Origin: Myxococcota bacterium
GTDB lineage: Bacteria > Myxococcota_A > UBA9160 > SZUA-336
Reading direction: 5' to 3'
Length of the DNA: 64,000 nt
Assembly: GCA_965247115.1 (NCBI GenBank)
Contig: CBDFGR010000003.1
Span: 1,952,001-2,016,000 of the forward strand
The notes below the pieces were generated by a model that was not told where the DNA came from, ran no database searches, and worked only from the letters and a program-made list of their open reading frames with translations. Each line of letters opens with the position of its first letter. Within the stretch, counting starts at the first letter, position 1. Shown one piece after another: positions 1 through 8,475 of the stretch. Position numbers and translations under genes: made by a program.

Positions 1-631
1 GCGACGGCGCGCGTCGATCCGCCCCGCCGCGGCCCCACAACCGCAGGCGACGTGACAGGCTGCGAGCGCGGGTGCCTCCGAACCAGCGCACAAGCAGATC
101 CGTCAGGTCGCCGGAAAAGCCCGAGTAGGGTCCGGGAATCGTGTACTCGTTCTCCATCTGCACCAGGAGAAGATTCGATCGCCCGGCGAAGCGCGGCACG
201 ATCTCATCGAACCAGTGCCGGGTCGCGGAAACGAATTCCTGTGAGTAGCTGAAACCGGCGTCGATACGACAGCGGGGAATGATCGAGCGCTCCCGAAGCA
301 GCCAGGCCGGCAAGCCGCCCATGTCGAGCTCGGCACATATGTAAGGACCCGGGCGCGCGATCAGGTAGAGACCCGCCTCTTCGATCATGTCGTGAAGCCG
401 CTCGACGTCGCGGATGTCTCCGAAGTCGTACTCGCCTGGGGCGGGGGAGTGGTAGTTCCAGGGATAGTAGAGATCCACGGCGTTCAGCCCGGCGGCGCGG
501 AACTGCTGCAGGCGGTCGTGCCACAGGCCCTGGGAGGGGAGGCGGAAGTAGTGCAGCGAGCCGGAACGGATCAACCTGCGCCGACCCTCGATCAGGAGAC
601 TGTGGCGGTCGAACTCGACCTTCACGGGCAT
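1..631 (-). CDS. Beta-galactosidase, glycoside hydrolase family 35 (N-terminal part; gene runs off the window start)
   Basis: Not in the ORF track. Manual translation from ATG at 631 gives MPVKVEFDRHSLLIEGRRRLIRSGSLHYFR...YYPWNYHSPAPGEYDFG...ARPGPYICAELDMGGLPAWL...QMENEY, which carries the hallmark GH35 motifs. Confidence 0.9.
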   Translation of the reverse strand, partial: MPVKVEFDRHSLLIEGRRRLIRSGSLHYFRLPSQGLWHDRLQQFRAAGLNAVDLYYPWNYHSPAPGEYDFGDIRDVERLHDMIEEAGLYLIARPGPYICAELDMGGLPAWLLRERSIIPRCRIDAGFSYSQEFVSATRHWFDEIVPRFAGRSNLLLVQMENEYTIPGPYSGFSGDLTDLLVRWFGGTRARSLSRRLRLWGRGGADRRAPS

Positions 632-641
632 CCCCGAAACG

Positions 642-1583
642 CTAGCCCTGAGCAGCCAACCAGCGCTCCGCGTCCAGGGCCGCCATGCAGCCGCTGCCGG
701 CAGCTGTCACCGCTTGACGGTAGACGGGATCCATCACGTCACCGCACGCAAACACGCCTTCAACGCTCGACCGCGTGGTTCCTGGCTCGACGAGAACGTA
801 GCCGACGTCATCTAGCTCCAACGAGTCTTTGAACACTGCAGAGTTCGGCTCGTGGCCGATCGCGATGAACAGCGCCTGAACGTCGAGAACGCTGGTCTTG
901 CCCGACTCCACGTTCGCGATTCGCACCCCGGTGACTCCGTCGCCGTTACCGAGCACTTCATCGACGACACTGTCCCACACGAACTGAATCTTCTCGTTCT
1001 TTCGGGCCCGCTCCCGCATGATCTTGCTGGCGCGAAGCTCGGAACGACGGTGAATGACGTGTACGACGGTGGCGAAGCGCGTCAGGAAGAGCGCCTCTTC
1101 CATCGCCGTGTCACCCCCGCCCACCACGGCCATCGGCTTGCCGCGGTAGAGCGCGCCGTCGCAGGTCGCGCAGGCCGACACTCCCCGGTTCACAAAGGCC
1201 TGCTCTGAGTCGAGCCCCAGCCAGCGCGCCGTAGCGCCGGTCGCGATGATCAGCGCGTTCGCGGTGAACGACTCGCTCGGGGCCTCTACGCGAAAGGGCC
1301 GCGAGCTCAGATCGACGCGCGACGCATCCTCCAGAATGACGCGGGCCCCGAACCGCTCCGCCTGGCGCTGGAAGACCTCCATGAGCTCGGGCCCGGTCAC
1401 ACCCTCGGGGAAGCCCGGGTAGTTCTCCACGTCCGTCGTGATCATGAGCTGCCCGCCAAACGCCGCTCCCGCCACGACGACGGGCTCGAGCTCGGCCCGC
1501 GCGGCGTAGATCGCGGCTGTGTACCCGGCGGGACCGCTACCGACGATCAGGAGCTTGGCTTGCGTACTAGGACTTGCTGACAT
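642..1583 (-). CDS. trxB: Thioredoxin-disulfide reductase
   Basis: GSGPAGYTAA FAD motif, CATCDG redox centre, GGGDTAMEEA and YRQAVTAAG. Start taken at ATG 1583. Confidence 0.97.
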   Translation of the reverse strand: MSASPSTQAKLLIVGSGPAGYTAAIYAARAELEPVVVAGAAFGGQLMITTDVENYPGFPEGVTGPELMEVFQRQAERFGARVILEDASRVDLSSRPFRVEAPSESFTANALIIATGATARWLGLDSEQAFVNRGVSACATCDGALYRGKPMAVVGGGDTAMEEALFLTRFATVVHVIHRRSELRASKIMRERARKNEKIQFVWDSVVDEVLGNGDGVTGVRIANVESGKTSVLDVQALFIAIGHEPNSAVFKDSLELDDVGYVLVEPGTTRSSVEGVFACGDVMDPVYRQAVTAAGSGCMAALDAERWLAAQG

Positions 1584-1600
1584 CGTTTGGTGGCTGGCGC

Positions 1601-2086
1601 CTACTCCCACTCCGAAAAGGAGATGCCGCGAACTTCGTACTCCCGCGTCCCTGCGGGAACGTTGACCTTAGCGGTGTCATCGACCGCTCTGCCCAGGAGC
1701 GCGCGCGCGACAGGGCTGGTGACCGACAAGAGACCCTTGCGAATGTCGGCCTCGTCCTCTCCGACCAGGGTGTAGGTGACTTCCTCACCTGAGTTGATCT
1801 CCTCGAGGACCACTGTTGTTCCGAAGCGCACTCGCCCGGGCGGGGTGCCGCGTCCATCTAAAACCTGGGCCCGGGCCAGCTTGTCTTGAAGCGACCGGAT
1901 GCGTCCCTCGATCTGTGACTGCTCGTGCTTGGCGGCATCGTACTCGGCGTTCTCCGACAGATCGCCGTGCTCCCGCGCCACGCGAATCGCCTCCACCACG
2001 CGAGGTCGCTCCGCACGTTCCAGGCGCTTGAGCTCTTCGACGAGCAACGTATGGCCCCGCGGGGTCATGAGAACCTTGTCGGACAA
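1601..2086 (-). CDS. greA: Transcription elongation factor GreA
   Basis: AREHGDLSENAEY and SPVARALLG motifs. TTG start at 2086 is preceded by an AGGAGAGG RBS. Confidence 0.95.
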   Translation of the reverse strand: MSDKVLMTPRGHTLLVEELKRLERAERPRVVEAIRVAREHGDLSENAEYDAAKHEQSQIEGRIRSLQDKLARAQVLDGRGTPPGRVRFGTTVVLEEINSGEEVTYTLVGEDEADIRKGLLSVTSPVARALLGRAVDDTAKVNVPAGTREYEVRGISFSEWE

Positions 2087-2157
2087 CCCGTACCTCTCCT
2101 TTGGAGAAAGTACCGAGCCGCCCGAACCCCTGTCAACGACGGTGAAGCGAGCTGCGA

Positions 2158-2415
2158 CTACTCGACCCGTTCTTCCAGCAGCCGGATGATGTACCCGATG
2201 ATCAGCAGGTTCGGGATGCGTCTCCGAAGCAGTGCTTCGTCGAGCTTTCGCTCGGGGCTCGAAGACAGAAGGTCGGCGGCGAATTCCTGCGCGTAGTTCG
2301 AGAAGAACTCCAACATGTCCATGTTGACGTTCTTGGCAAGCATGGTGTTGATCTCGTCTACGTCGAGATCCTTCCATATCTCGGTGAACTCGATCGCGAT
2401 CTCTCGGCCGTTCAT
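2158..2415 (-). CDS. Small hypothetical protein (85 aa, helical)
   Basis: Protein-like sequence MNGREIAIEFTEIWKDLDVDEINTMLAKN..., host-like codon usage, co-oriented upstream of greA. Confidence 0.7.
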   Translation of the reverse strand: MNGREIAIEFTEIWKDLDVDEINTMLAKNVNMDMLEFFSNYAQEFAADLLSSSPERKLDEALLRRRIPNLLIIGYIIRLLEERVE

Positions 2416-2557
2416 GCAACGATCATGACAGCCCCAGACACGCAAGGTCAATCGCGCCTGCGCTGGAAAAGCTCCTAGATCCGATGACTTAGAGTCGAAA
2501 AACGACGCGGATCCGATCCGCAACAAGCGCAGCTATGCGCCCGCAACCACGCGTCTT

Positions 2558-3103
2558 TCAGTCGGCGCGGCGCCAGTCGATCTGGCGCGCCGAACCGGAG
2601 TCAGGAAAGTCGCCGGCCGAGCGGAGCACTGACTCCTCGACGTAGACGAGGGTGCTAGTACGGACCGCGATCGCGATCGCATCGCTCGGACGGGCGTCGA
2701 TCTCAACCCTGCGACTGTCGATCTCGATCTCGATCTTCGCGTAGAAAGTGTTGTCCTTGAGCTCTGTCACGACCACCCGCTCGATGCGTCCCTTCATCCC
2801 GACAACGAGGTCCTTGATGAGGTCGTGCGTCAAGGGGCGCGCTGGCTCGATCTCCTCGATGCCGCGCGCAATCGAGTACGCCTGCTCCGGGCCGATCAGG
2901 ATCGACAGCGCACGCTCCTGCCCGCCGCGCTCGTTGAGGAGCAGCACGAAGCTCTCGCTCGTCGGATCGAACTTGACACTGTCGACGTTCACCAGCCGCG
3001 CCGTGAGATTCGGCGCTCCCGACTGCATTGTGCATCCCAGCAGCAAGATGGCAGCGAAAGAGCTGCAGTGACGTCGGATCCTGCCTCCCCACCGAGCCTC
3101 CAT
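2558..3103 (-). CDS. Bifunctional nuclease family (DUF151/BFN) protein with a possible lipoprotein signal
   Basis: LSILIGPEQAYSI, RPLTHDL, NTFYA and IDARPSDAIAIAVR motifs. N-terminal FAAILLLGC. Start uncertain. Confidence 0.85.
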   Translation of the reverse strand: MEARWGGRIRRHCSSFAAILLLGCTMQSGAPNLTARLVNVDSVKFDPTSESFVLLLNERGGQERALSILIGPEQAYSIARGIEEIEPARPLTHDLIKDLVVGMKGRIERVVVTELKDNTFYAKIEIEIDSRRVEIDARPSDAIAIAVRTSTLVYVEESVLRSAGDFPDSGSARQIDWRRAD

Positions 3104-3179
3104 GGGGTCCTCCAAGCCTGAGAACACCAAGGATACCATGGGGTGGCAGGCGGCGGAGCAGGTTGGTATCTCGTGCCAC

Positions 3180-3587
3180 GTGAGAGCCGTTCTCGCCGGC
3201 GCGTTCGCGACACTGGGACTTGTTGCGTGCGTTACGATTACGACCGCCCCGCCAGGCCCTCCCGACGCCCCGAAGCTCGAGGTCTTCAAGGGAGAGGGGC
3301 CGCCCGTGCTGGAGCCGACGGACGCGGCGGGACTGTTTGCCGTGCCTTCGCTCGGGCCAACCGTCTACTACCACGAAGAGCAGAACTACTGGTTCCGGTA
3401 CGACAAGAACCGCTGGTACATGGCCTTTGCCTGGGACGGGAACTGGTTCGCCCTGCCGGAGAAAGAAGTCCCCTCCGTCCTTGCCAAGCGTCACGCCCCA
3501 CCCGCATCGCAGGAGGTCGAGGACGAGCTCGCGGAGCTGGACCGACAGCTGAAAGAGCTCGAACGGAAGCAGGTCGAGCAGCCCTAG
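3180..3587 (+). CDS. Hypothetical lipoprotein
   Basis: Hydrophobic leader ending LGLVAC, a Trp/Tyr-rich core and a C-terminal coiled-coil. Start may instead be 3138. Confidence 0.65.
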   Translation: MRAVLAGAFATLGLVACVTITTAPPGPPDAPKLEVFKGEGPPVLEPTDAAGLFAVPSLGPTVYYHEEQNYWFRYDKNRWYMAFAWDGNWFALPEKEVPSVLAKRHAPPASQEVEDELAELDRQLKELERKQVEQP

Positions 3588-3593
3588 CCTGGC

Positions 3594-4895
3594 TCAGGCC
3601 TCCGTGATCTCGATCATGCGCTCCAGGGCGACCCGCGCGTCTGCGGCGATCCGTGCTCGTCCGGCCGCATCGAGACGCTCGCGGTGACCCGAGATCTCGT
3701 CCACACAGTCTCCGGGAAGGACCCGGTTCAGATCCGGGGCCCGACCCTGACGCAGCAGGTCGAGCAGAGCGACGAGGTGCGGAGGATCGTTTCGAGACAT
3801 GGTCGCGCAGCCGCAGCCGGCCTCAGCGACGCCGGGGACGTCGGCGAGATGGGTCACGCGAACATCCCGCCTGGCGGCCTGCTCGGAAAGGTTTCGGACG
3901 AAGTGCCCCTCCGTCCCGACGGCGACGTGAGCTCCGTCGGGCACCTCGCGCAGCACGAAGTTCCAGAGAAAGCTGGTCGAGCCGGAAGCATCCGCTGCGC
4001 GAACGACCTCGCGCGTGCACTCGGGGTGCACGACCACCTGGTAGCCCTGCTCACGCCAGTAGGCCACGTGTTCCGGCTGGAACAGCGTATGGACACCGCA
4101 GAAGGAACCCCACAGGATCAGCTCCGCGTCGTCGAGCGCGCCGGCGTCTGTGTCGTCGATCTCGCCGCCCTCGTGCCCAGCGGGAAGACAGTGGATGAGT
4201 TCCGGCAGAATGCCGACCTGGGCAGCGACGTTTCGCCCGAGGTGCTGATCCGGGACGAAGAAGATCTTGCGCCGCTGTGCTCTTGCCCAGTTCATGATGG
4301 CGGCCGCGTTCGAGCTCGTGCAGACCGCCCCACCACTGCCCCCGGCCAGCGCCTTGATGCGTCCCGAGGTGTTCATATACGCGACCATCATGATCCCATC
4401 GCCGTAGCGCTCTCGGAGCCAGGCGAAGGCCGGAGCCACCATGAACTCCTTGGCCATCATCTCCATGGTGCAGCCCGACTTTGGGTTCGTGATCCAGACC
4501 TGCTGCTCAGGACTCGCGAGCAGGGAGATCGCCTCTGCCATGAAGTGAACGGCCGACTCGACGAATACGCTCTTGCGCGGATGGAGCACGGCCTGACGCG
4601 CAAGCTGGTAGGAGTCCGCAATCATCCCACCGTAGCGCTCCACCAGCTTCACGACCTCGCCGCCCATGTAGTAATGAGCGAGCAGCACGAGGTCAGGACC
4701 CAGCTCCGAAAGGGCGGGGCGGATGTAGGAATCCATCCAGGGGAGTACGGTCGCGGGCTTGCGGTCCGCCAGCGCGAGATACTCCTCGGCGTACTCCTTG
4801 AACTCTTCCTGATACCAGTCGAGCGGCAGATCCGTCTGACAGATCGGCAGGTCCGGTTGAATCCGAATCCCGCTGGAGGTAAGGGGGGCTCCCAT
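3594..4895 (-). CDS. nadA: Quinolinate synthase
   Basis: LAHYY, ADSYQL, VHFMAE, YMNTS, CTSSNA, PDQHLG and HPEC motifs, plus three [4Fe-4S] Cys (GCTM, FCGVH, CATM). Confidence 0.93.
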   Translation of the reverse strand: MGAPLTSSGIRIQPDLPICQTDLPLDWYQEEFKEYAEEYLALADRKPATVLPWMDSYIRPALSELGPDLVLLAHYYMGGEVVKLVERYGGMIADSYQLARQAVLHPRKSVFVESAVHFMAEAISLLASPEQQVWITNPKSGCTMEMMAKEFMVAPAFAWLRERYGDGIMMVAYMNTSGRIKALAGGSGGAVCTSSNAAAIMNWARAQRRKIFFVPDQHLGRNVAAQVGILPELIHCLPAGHEGGEIDDTDAGALDDAELILWGSFCGVHTLFQPEHVAYWREQGYQVVVHPECTREVVRAADASGSTSFLWNFVLREVPDGAHVAVGTEGHFVRNLSEQAARRDVRVTHLADVPGVAEAGCGCATMSRNDPPHLVALLDLLRQGRAPDLNRVLPGDCVDEISGHRERLDAAGRARIAADARVALERMIEITEA

Positions 4896-4936
4896 AGAGC
4901 CAGGTTAAGCCAGCGACCGCAAGGAAGCCAGCAGCG

Positions 4937-5935
4937 CTAGATGCTGCCCTCTCTGGTGATCGAGGCAACGTCGAAGGGACGAGCCACGCCCGGCTCGAAC
5001 CGGACCGGGCACTCGGAGACAGCACAGCCCGCGCAGTGCTGCGGGCGACAGGGGTCGAGGTGGACCACGACATCGCCGCGCCCCTCGAGAACGTCGAGCA
5101 ACTCCCGCTCGGCCTGGTCGCCGCTCCTGTGCGCCTCTTCCATCGAGAAGTAGCGAGGAACGACCAGGTGAAGATCGATGTGGCGTAGCGCGCCGACCGC
5201 GCGCGAGCGCAGCTGGTGGATCTCGCACCACTCCGGCACACGCGCCTGCTCCAGGCGCTCTGCCAGCCGCACGAGCAGGCCGAAGTCCGCCTCGTCGAGC
5301 AGACCCATCAGGGCGCGGCGGACCACGCGGACGCCTGCCACGACGATGTTCGCGGCGAGCAGCAACGCGACGAGCGGATCCAGCAGCGTCCAGCCTGTCA
5401 GACGAACGCCGAGCAACGCCACGATCCCTCCGACAGTCGTGGCGGTGTCAGTCAGCAGGTGGATCCCGTCCGCCCGCAACGCCTCCGAGTGTTCCCGCGC
5501 CCCGATGCGAAGCAGGTAGAGTCCGAGTCCCAGGTTGGCGAGCCCTGCGCCGCTCGCGATCAGGATGCCCTCGGTGATCCGCGAGAGCTCCGGCCCGACG
5601 AACAGTCGGCGCACCGCCTCCACCGCGATCCAGACGGCGGCTGCCATGATCAGCGAGCCCTCGACCAGTGCCGAAAGAGTCTCCGCCTTGCCGTGCCCGT
5701 AGGGGTGATCCTCGTCGGGAGGCCTCGCCGACACGACAACGGTGTAGGTTACGAGTCCGGCCGCAACCACGTTGACAATCGACTCGAGCGCATCTGCCAG
5801 CAGCACGGTCGAGCCCGTCAGCGACCAGGCAAGGACCTTGACGCCAAGAATGCCCACACTTGCGAGCAGAGAGATCACTCCGGCGCGAACGACGACACCG
5901 GAGCCGGGCGCACGCAGCGTGCGATCGGTCAGCAT
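4937..5935 (-). CDS. Cation diffusion facilitator family transporter (FieF-like) with a Cys-rich tail
   Basis: ADALES, DEDHPYGHGKAE, ADGIHLLTD and LDP motifs, about 6 TM segments, C-terminal HLDPC. Confidence 0.92.
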   Translation of the reverse strand: MLTDRTLRAPGSGVVVRAGVISLLASVGILGVKVLAWSLTGSTVLLADALESIVNVVAAGLVTYTVVVSARPPDEDHPYGHGKAETLSALVEGSLIMAAAVWIAVEAVRRLFVGPELSRITEGILIASGAGLANLGLGLYLLRIGAREHSEALRADGIHLLTDTATTVGGIVALLGVRLTGWTLLDPLVALLLAANIVVAGVRVVRRALMGLLDEADFGLLVRLAERLEQARVPEWCEIHQLRSRAVGALRHIDLHLVVPRYFSMEEAHRSGDQAERELLDVLEGRGDVVVHLDPCRPQHCAGCAVSECPVRFEPGVARPFDVASITREGSI

Positions 5936-6015
5936 GCTGCAGAGCGTAACGCGGGAACGGGGTCCCGTGCTAAGTGATCAGGCCACGAGAGACGAGCTAC
6001 GCCGGTGACCCGGGC

Positions 6016-6456
6016 TCAGGAATGGCGCGCGGACTCCCCCATCTCGACCCTTCCATTGATGCGAGCGCCCTCGTGGACCTTGAGCGTTGGAGTGCTCACG
6101 CTGCCCTCGATCGAGCCCGTCGGCCCCACCTCGACCCGCTCCTTTGCAGCGATCTCTCCCGTAACGGATCCGTGCACTACCAGCCTGCGCACCGAGAGCC
6201 TGGCGTTCACGCTTCCACTCTCGCCGATCACGAGCCCGTCCGCATCAACCTCTCCCCGGAACTCCCCATCCAGGCGGACGAGTCCTGTGAGCCGGATCGT
6301 TCCGTCGAAAGAGGTGCCGTTGTCCAGGAAGGATTGATACTCGGACTTCTTCACTGTCGGGCTGCCACCCGCGCTCTGCGAGTCCTGCTTCCTCCACACG
6401 GGAGGCCGGAACATATTCGTGAGCTTCTTGGTCGCCGTTGAAGTGGATCGCTCCAT
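6016..6456 (-). CDS. Bactofilin / polymer-forming cytoskeletal protein (CcmA family)
   Basis: Beta-helix repeats SFDGTI..LVRLDGEFRGEV..VHGSVTGEI..IEGSV..EGARING. AAGGAG RBS upstream of ATG 6456. Confidence 0.92.
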   Translation of the reverse strand: MERSTSTATKKLTNMFRPPVWRKQDSQSAGGSPTVKKSEYQSFLDNGTSFDGTIRLTGLVRLDGEFRGEVDADGLVIGESGSVNARLSVRRLVVHGSVTGEIAAKERVEVGPTGSIEGSVSTPTLKVHEGARINGRVEMGESARHS

Positions 6457-6654
6457 CTCTCTCTCCTTGCCCGTCGAGACAGGCGTCCGTGCCAGGGAGA
6501 AAAAGCATACACCCCATGTTTGCCGAGGGTCCAGCTGGCCGGCGCTGCGCCCCTGCAGATACGCAGGCTCCGGCGTAAGTGGCTACCCGAGCTGCAGGAA
6601 CTTCGGGCTGCGAAGGCTTGAACCGCCGGCTCGGTCCGCATTACTCTATGGGCC

Positions 6655-7704
6655 ATGCAACAGAACGGTCCCGGCGGGCTCACCAGCAGGCGCAAGTTCA
6701 TTCAGTACCTGGCCATGCTCGGCGTCGGCGGACAGACCCTGCTCAGATCTGGAAGCCTGAAGGCTGCAATCACTGAGGCCAGAGAGTCGGTGGGCGCGGG
6801 GCTGCCGTGGCCGGAGATGAGGTACCAGAAGCTCGGCCGGACCAACTACAGCGCGAGCCGCCTGGTCTTCGGCTGTGGCGCCGTCCTTTCCCGCGAGCCG
6901 AGAGACGAGCTGCTGAACATCGCACTGGAAGCCGGGGTCAACGTGTTCGACGTCGGTACCCGCCGCTACTACAACGAGGCGGAGACGCACCTCGCGCCGT
7001 TCTTGAAGCTGCACCGGGACAAGATCCTGCTGATCTCGAAGGCGATGGTGTACCTCGACGTGGGACCCAACGAGCCCATCTCACTCGCGCAGGCGAGGAC
7101 CGCCGCCAGGACCTGGCTCGAGCTGATGGACGGGAGCCTGCGGGACCTAGAGATCGACCACGTCGACGTCTACTACCAGATGGCAGCGAACAACCCGCAC
7201 ATCGTGGGTAGTGACGAGCTCTACGCAGCATTCCAGAAGGCGAAGCAGGCCGGGAAGGTCACCTATCTCGGTCTCAGCACACACGAGAACGCGCATGCCG
7301 TACTGGAGACCGCCATTCAGACTGGCTGGTACGACCTGGCGACGATCGCGATCACTCCAGCCGGCTGGTACGACTGGATGAACAAGAGCCTCCTCGAGGG
7401 CTCACCGGACATGGTGGGACTCCAGCCGCTGCTGGCGAGAGCTCGCCAGGCTGGCATGGGACTCATCGGGATGAAGGCCGGCCGCTACATCGCGGGTCGC
7501 AGATTCCTGGGCTGGGGGAACCCCTCTGCCTTCGACAAGTATTACTCCGAGGAGCTGCTCCGCTCCAACCTCTCGGCCTTCCAGCGGAGCTACGCCTACG
7601 TCCTGGAGCACGGCCTGGATGCCGTCAACGCGGACATGCAGAGCATCGCTCACCTCAGGGAGAACTTCGCCGCAGCAGCGACGTCGCGACAGTACTTCGC
7701 GTAG
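6655..7704 (+). CDS. Aldo/keto reductase family protein with a Tat signal
   Basis: SRRKFI twin-arginine leader, then MRYQKLGRT, GVNVFDVG..YY, SLRDL..DHVDVYY and GKVTYLGLSTH. Confidence 0.85.
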   Translation: MQQNGPGGLTSRRKFIQYLAMLGVGGQTLLRSGSLKAAITEARESVGAGLPWPEMRYQKLGRTNYSASRLVFGCGAVLSREPRDELLNIALEAGVNVFDVGTRRYYNEAETHLAPFLKLHRDKILLISKAMVYLDVGPNEPISLAQARTAARTWLELMDGSLRDLEIDHVDVYYQMAANNPHIVGSDELYAAFQKAKQAGKVTYLGLSTHENAHAVLETAIQTGWYDLATIAITPAGWYDWMNKSLLEGSPDMVGLQPLLARARQAGMGLIGMKAGRYIAGRRFLGWGNPSAFDKYYSEELLRSNLSAFQRSYAYVLEHGLDAVNADMQSIAHLRENFAAAATSRQYFA

Positions 7705-7744
7705 CGGACCGACTCGTGATGGCGCACCGCATCCTCCAGGCCAC

Positions 7745-8380
7745 TCAGTGCTTGAAGACGTCTCTCAGCCCGAACAGGTTGTTTCGCTCGATCCAGCGTG
7801 GAAGCAGCAGAAAGACGGCCACCGCGAGCCAGCCTCGGCCGACGAACAGGGGACCGGAGCTGGTGTAGAGAAAAGTGAGCGGGAGCATCCCGAAGAAGGT
7901 CGCGAGCACAAAACGCCAGAGCGACATCTTGGTGAGGCCCGCGCCGTAGCTGACGACGTCGAAGGATACTCCCGGGATCAGGCGCGAGACCAAGACCACG
8001 CGCGTGAGCAGCTTGTCCGAGCACTCGCGGCAGAAGCTGATGTGGCCGCCCGCGATTCTCTCGACGAGCTCGCGACCGAGCACCCGCGCAATCCCGAAGC
8101 TCACGATGGAGCCGATGAGTGCGCCGAGCGCGGCATAAAGCGTGCCGAGCCAGGGTCCGAAGGCCGCGCCTGCCGCAATGTCCAGGGGCAGGCTGGGAAT
8201 CGGGCTCACGACCACGGCGACGGCAAGCATCCCGATCAGGACCAGCGGAGCGAGCGCACCCGCTCTCGCCAGGAACTCCTCGATCGTGCTCGGGTCCAGG
8301 ATGCTGACGAGATCCAGACGGAGCGTCGCGTAGAGGACTCCGGCCAGGAGGACCAAGGCAATTCCGAGCTTCCACAGCAT
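7745..8380 (-). CDS. TVP38/TMEM64 (DedA/VTT) family membrane protein
   Basis: VVSPIPS..AAGAAFG, RLIPGVSFDVVSYGAGLT and ATFFGMLP motifs. Confidence 0.9.
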   Translation of the reverse strand: MLWKLGIALVLLAGVLYATLRLDLVSILDPSTIEEFLARAGALAPLVLIGMLAVAVVVSPIPSLPLDIAAGAAFGPWLGTLYAALGALIGSIVSFGIARVLGRELVERIAGGHISFCRECSDKLLTRVVLVSRLIPGVSFDVVSYGAGLTKMSLWRFVLATFFGMLPLTFLYTSSGPLFVGRGWLAVAVFLLLPRWIERNNLFGLRDVFKH

Positions 8381-8475
8381 GGCTTCTGTGAGCAGACTAG
8401 TGCAGCAGCCAGGGGAAAAGGAGGGGGCGCTCTGCTCTCTCCACGGTTTTCCAAGACTCGCCCCCGCGTTCTACC

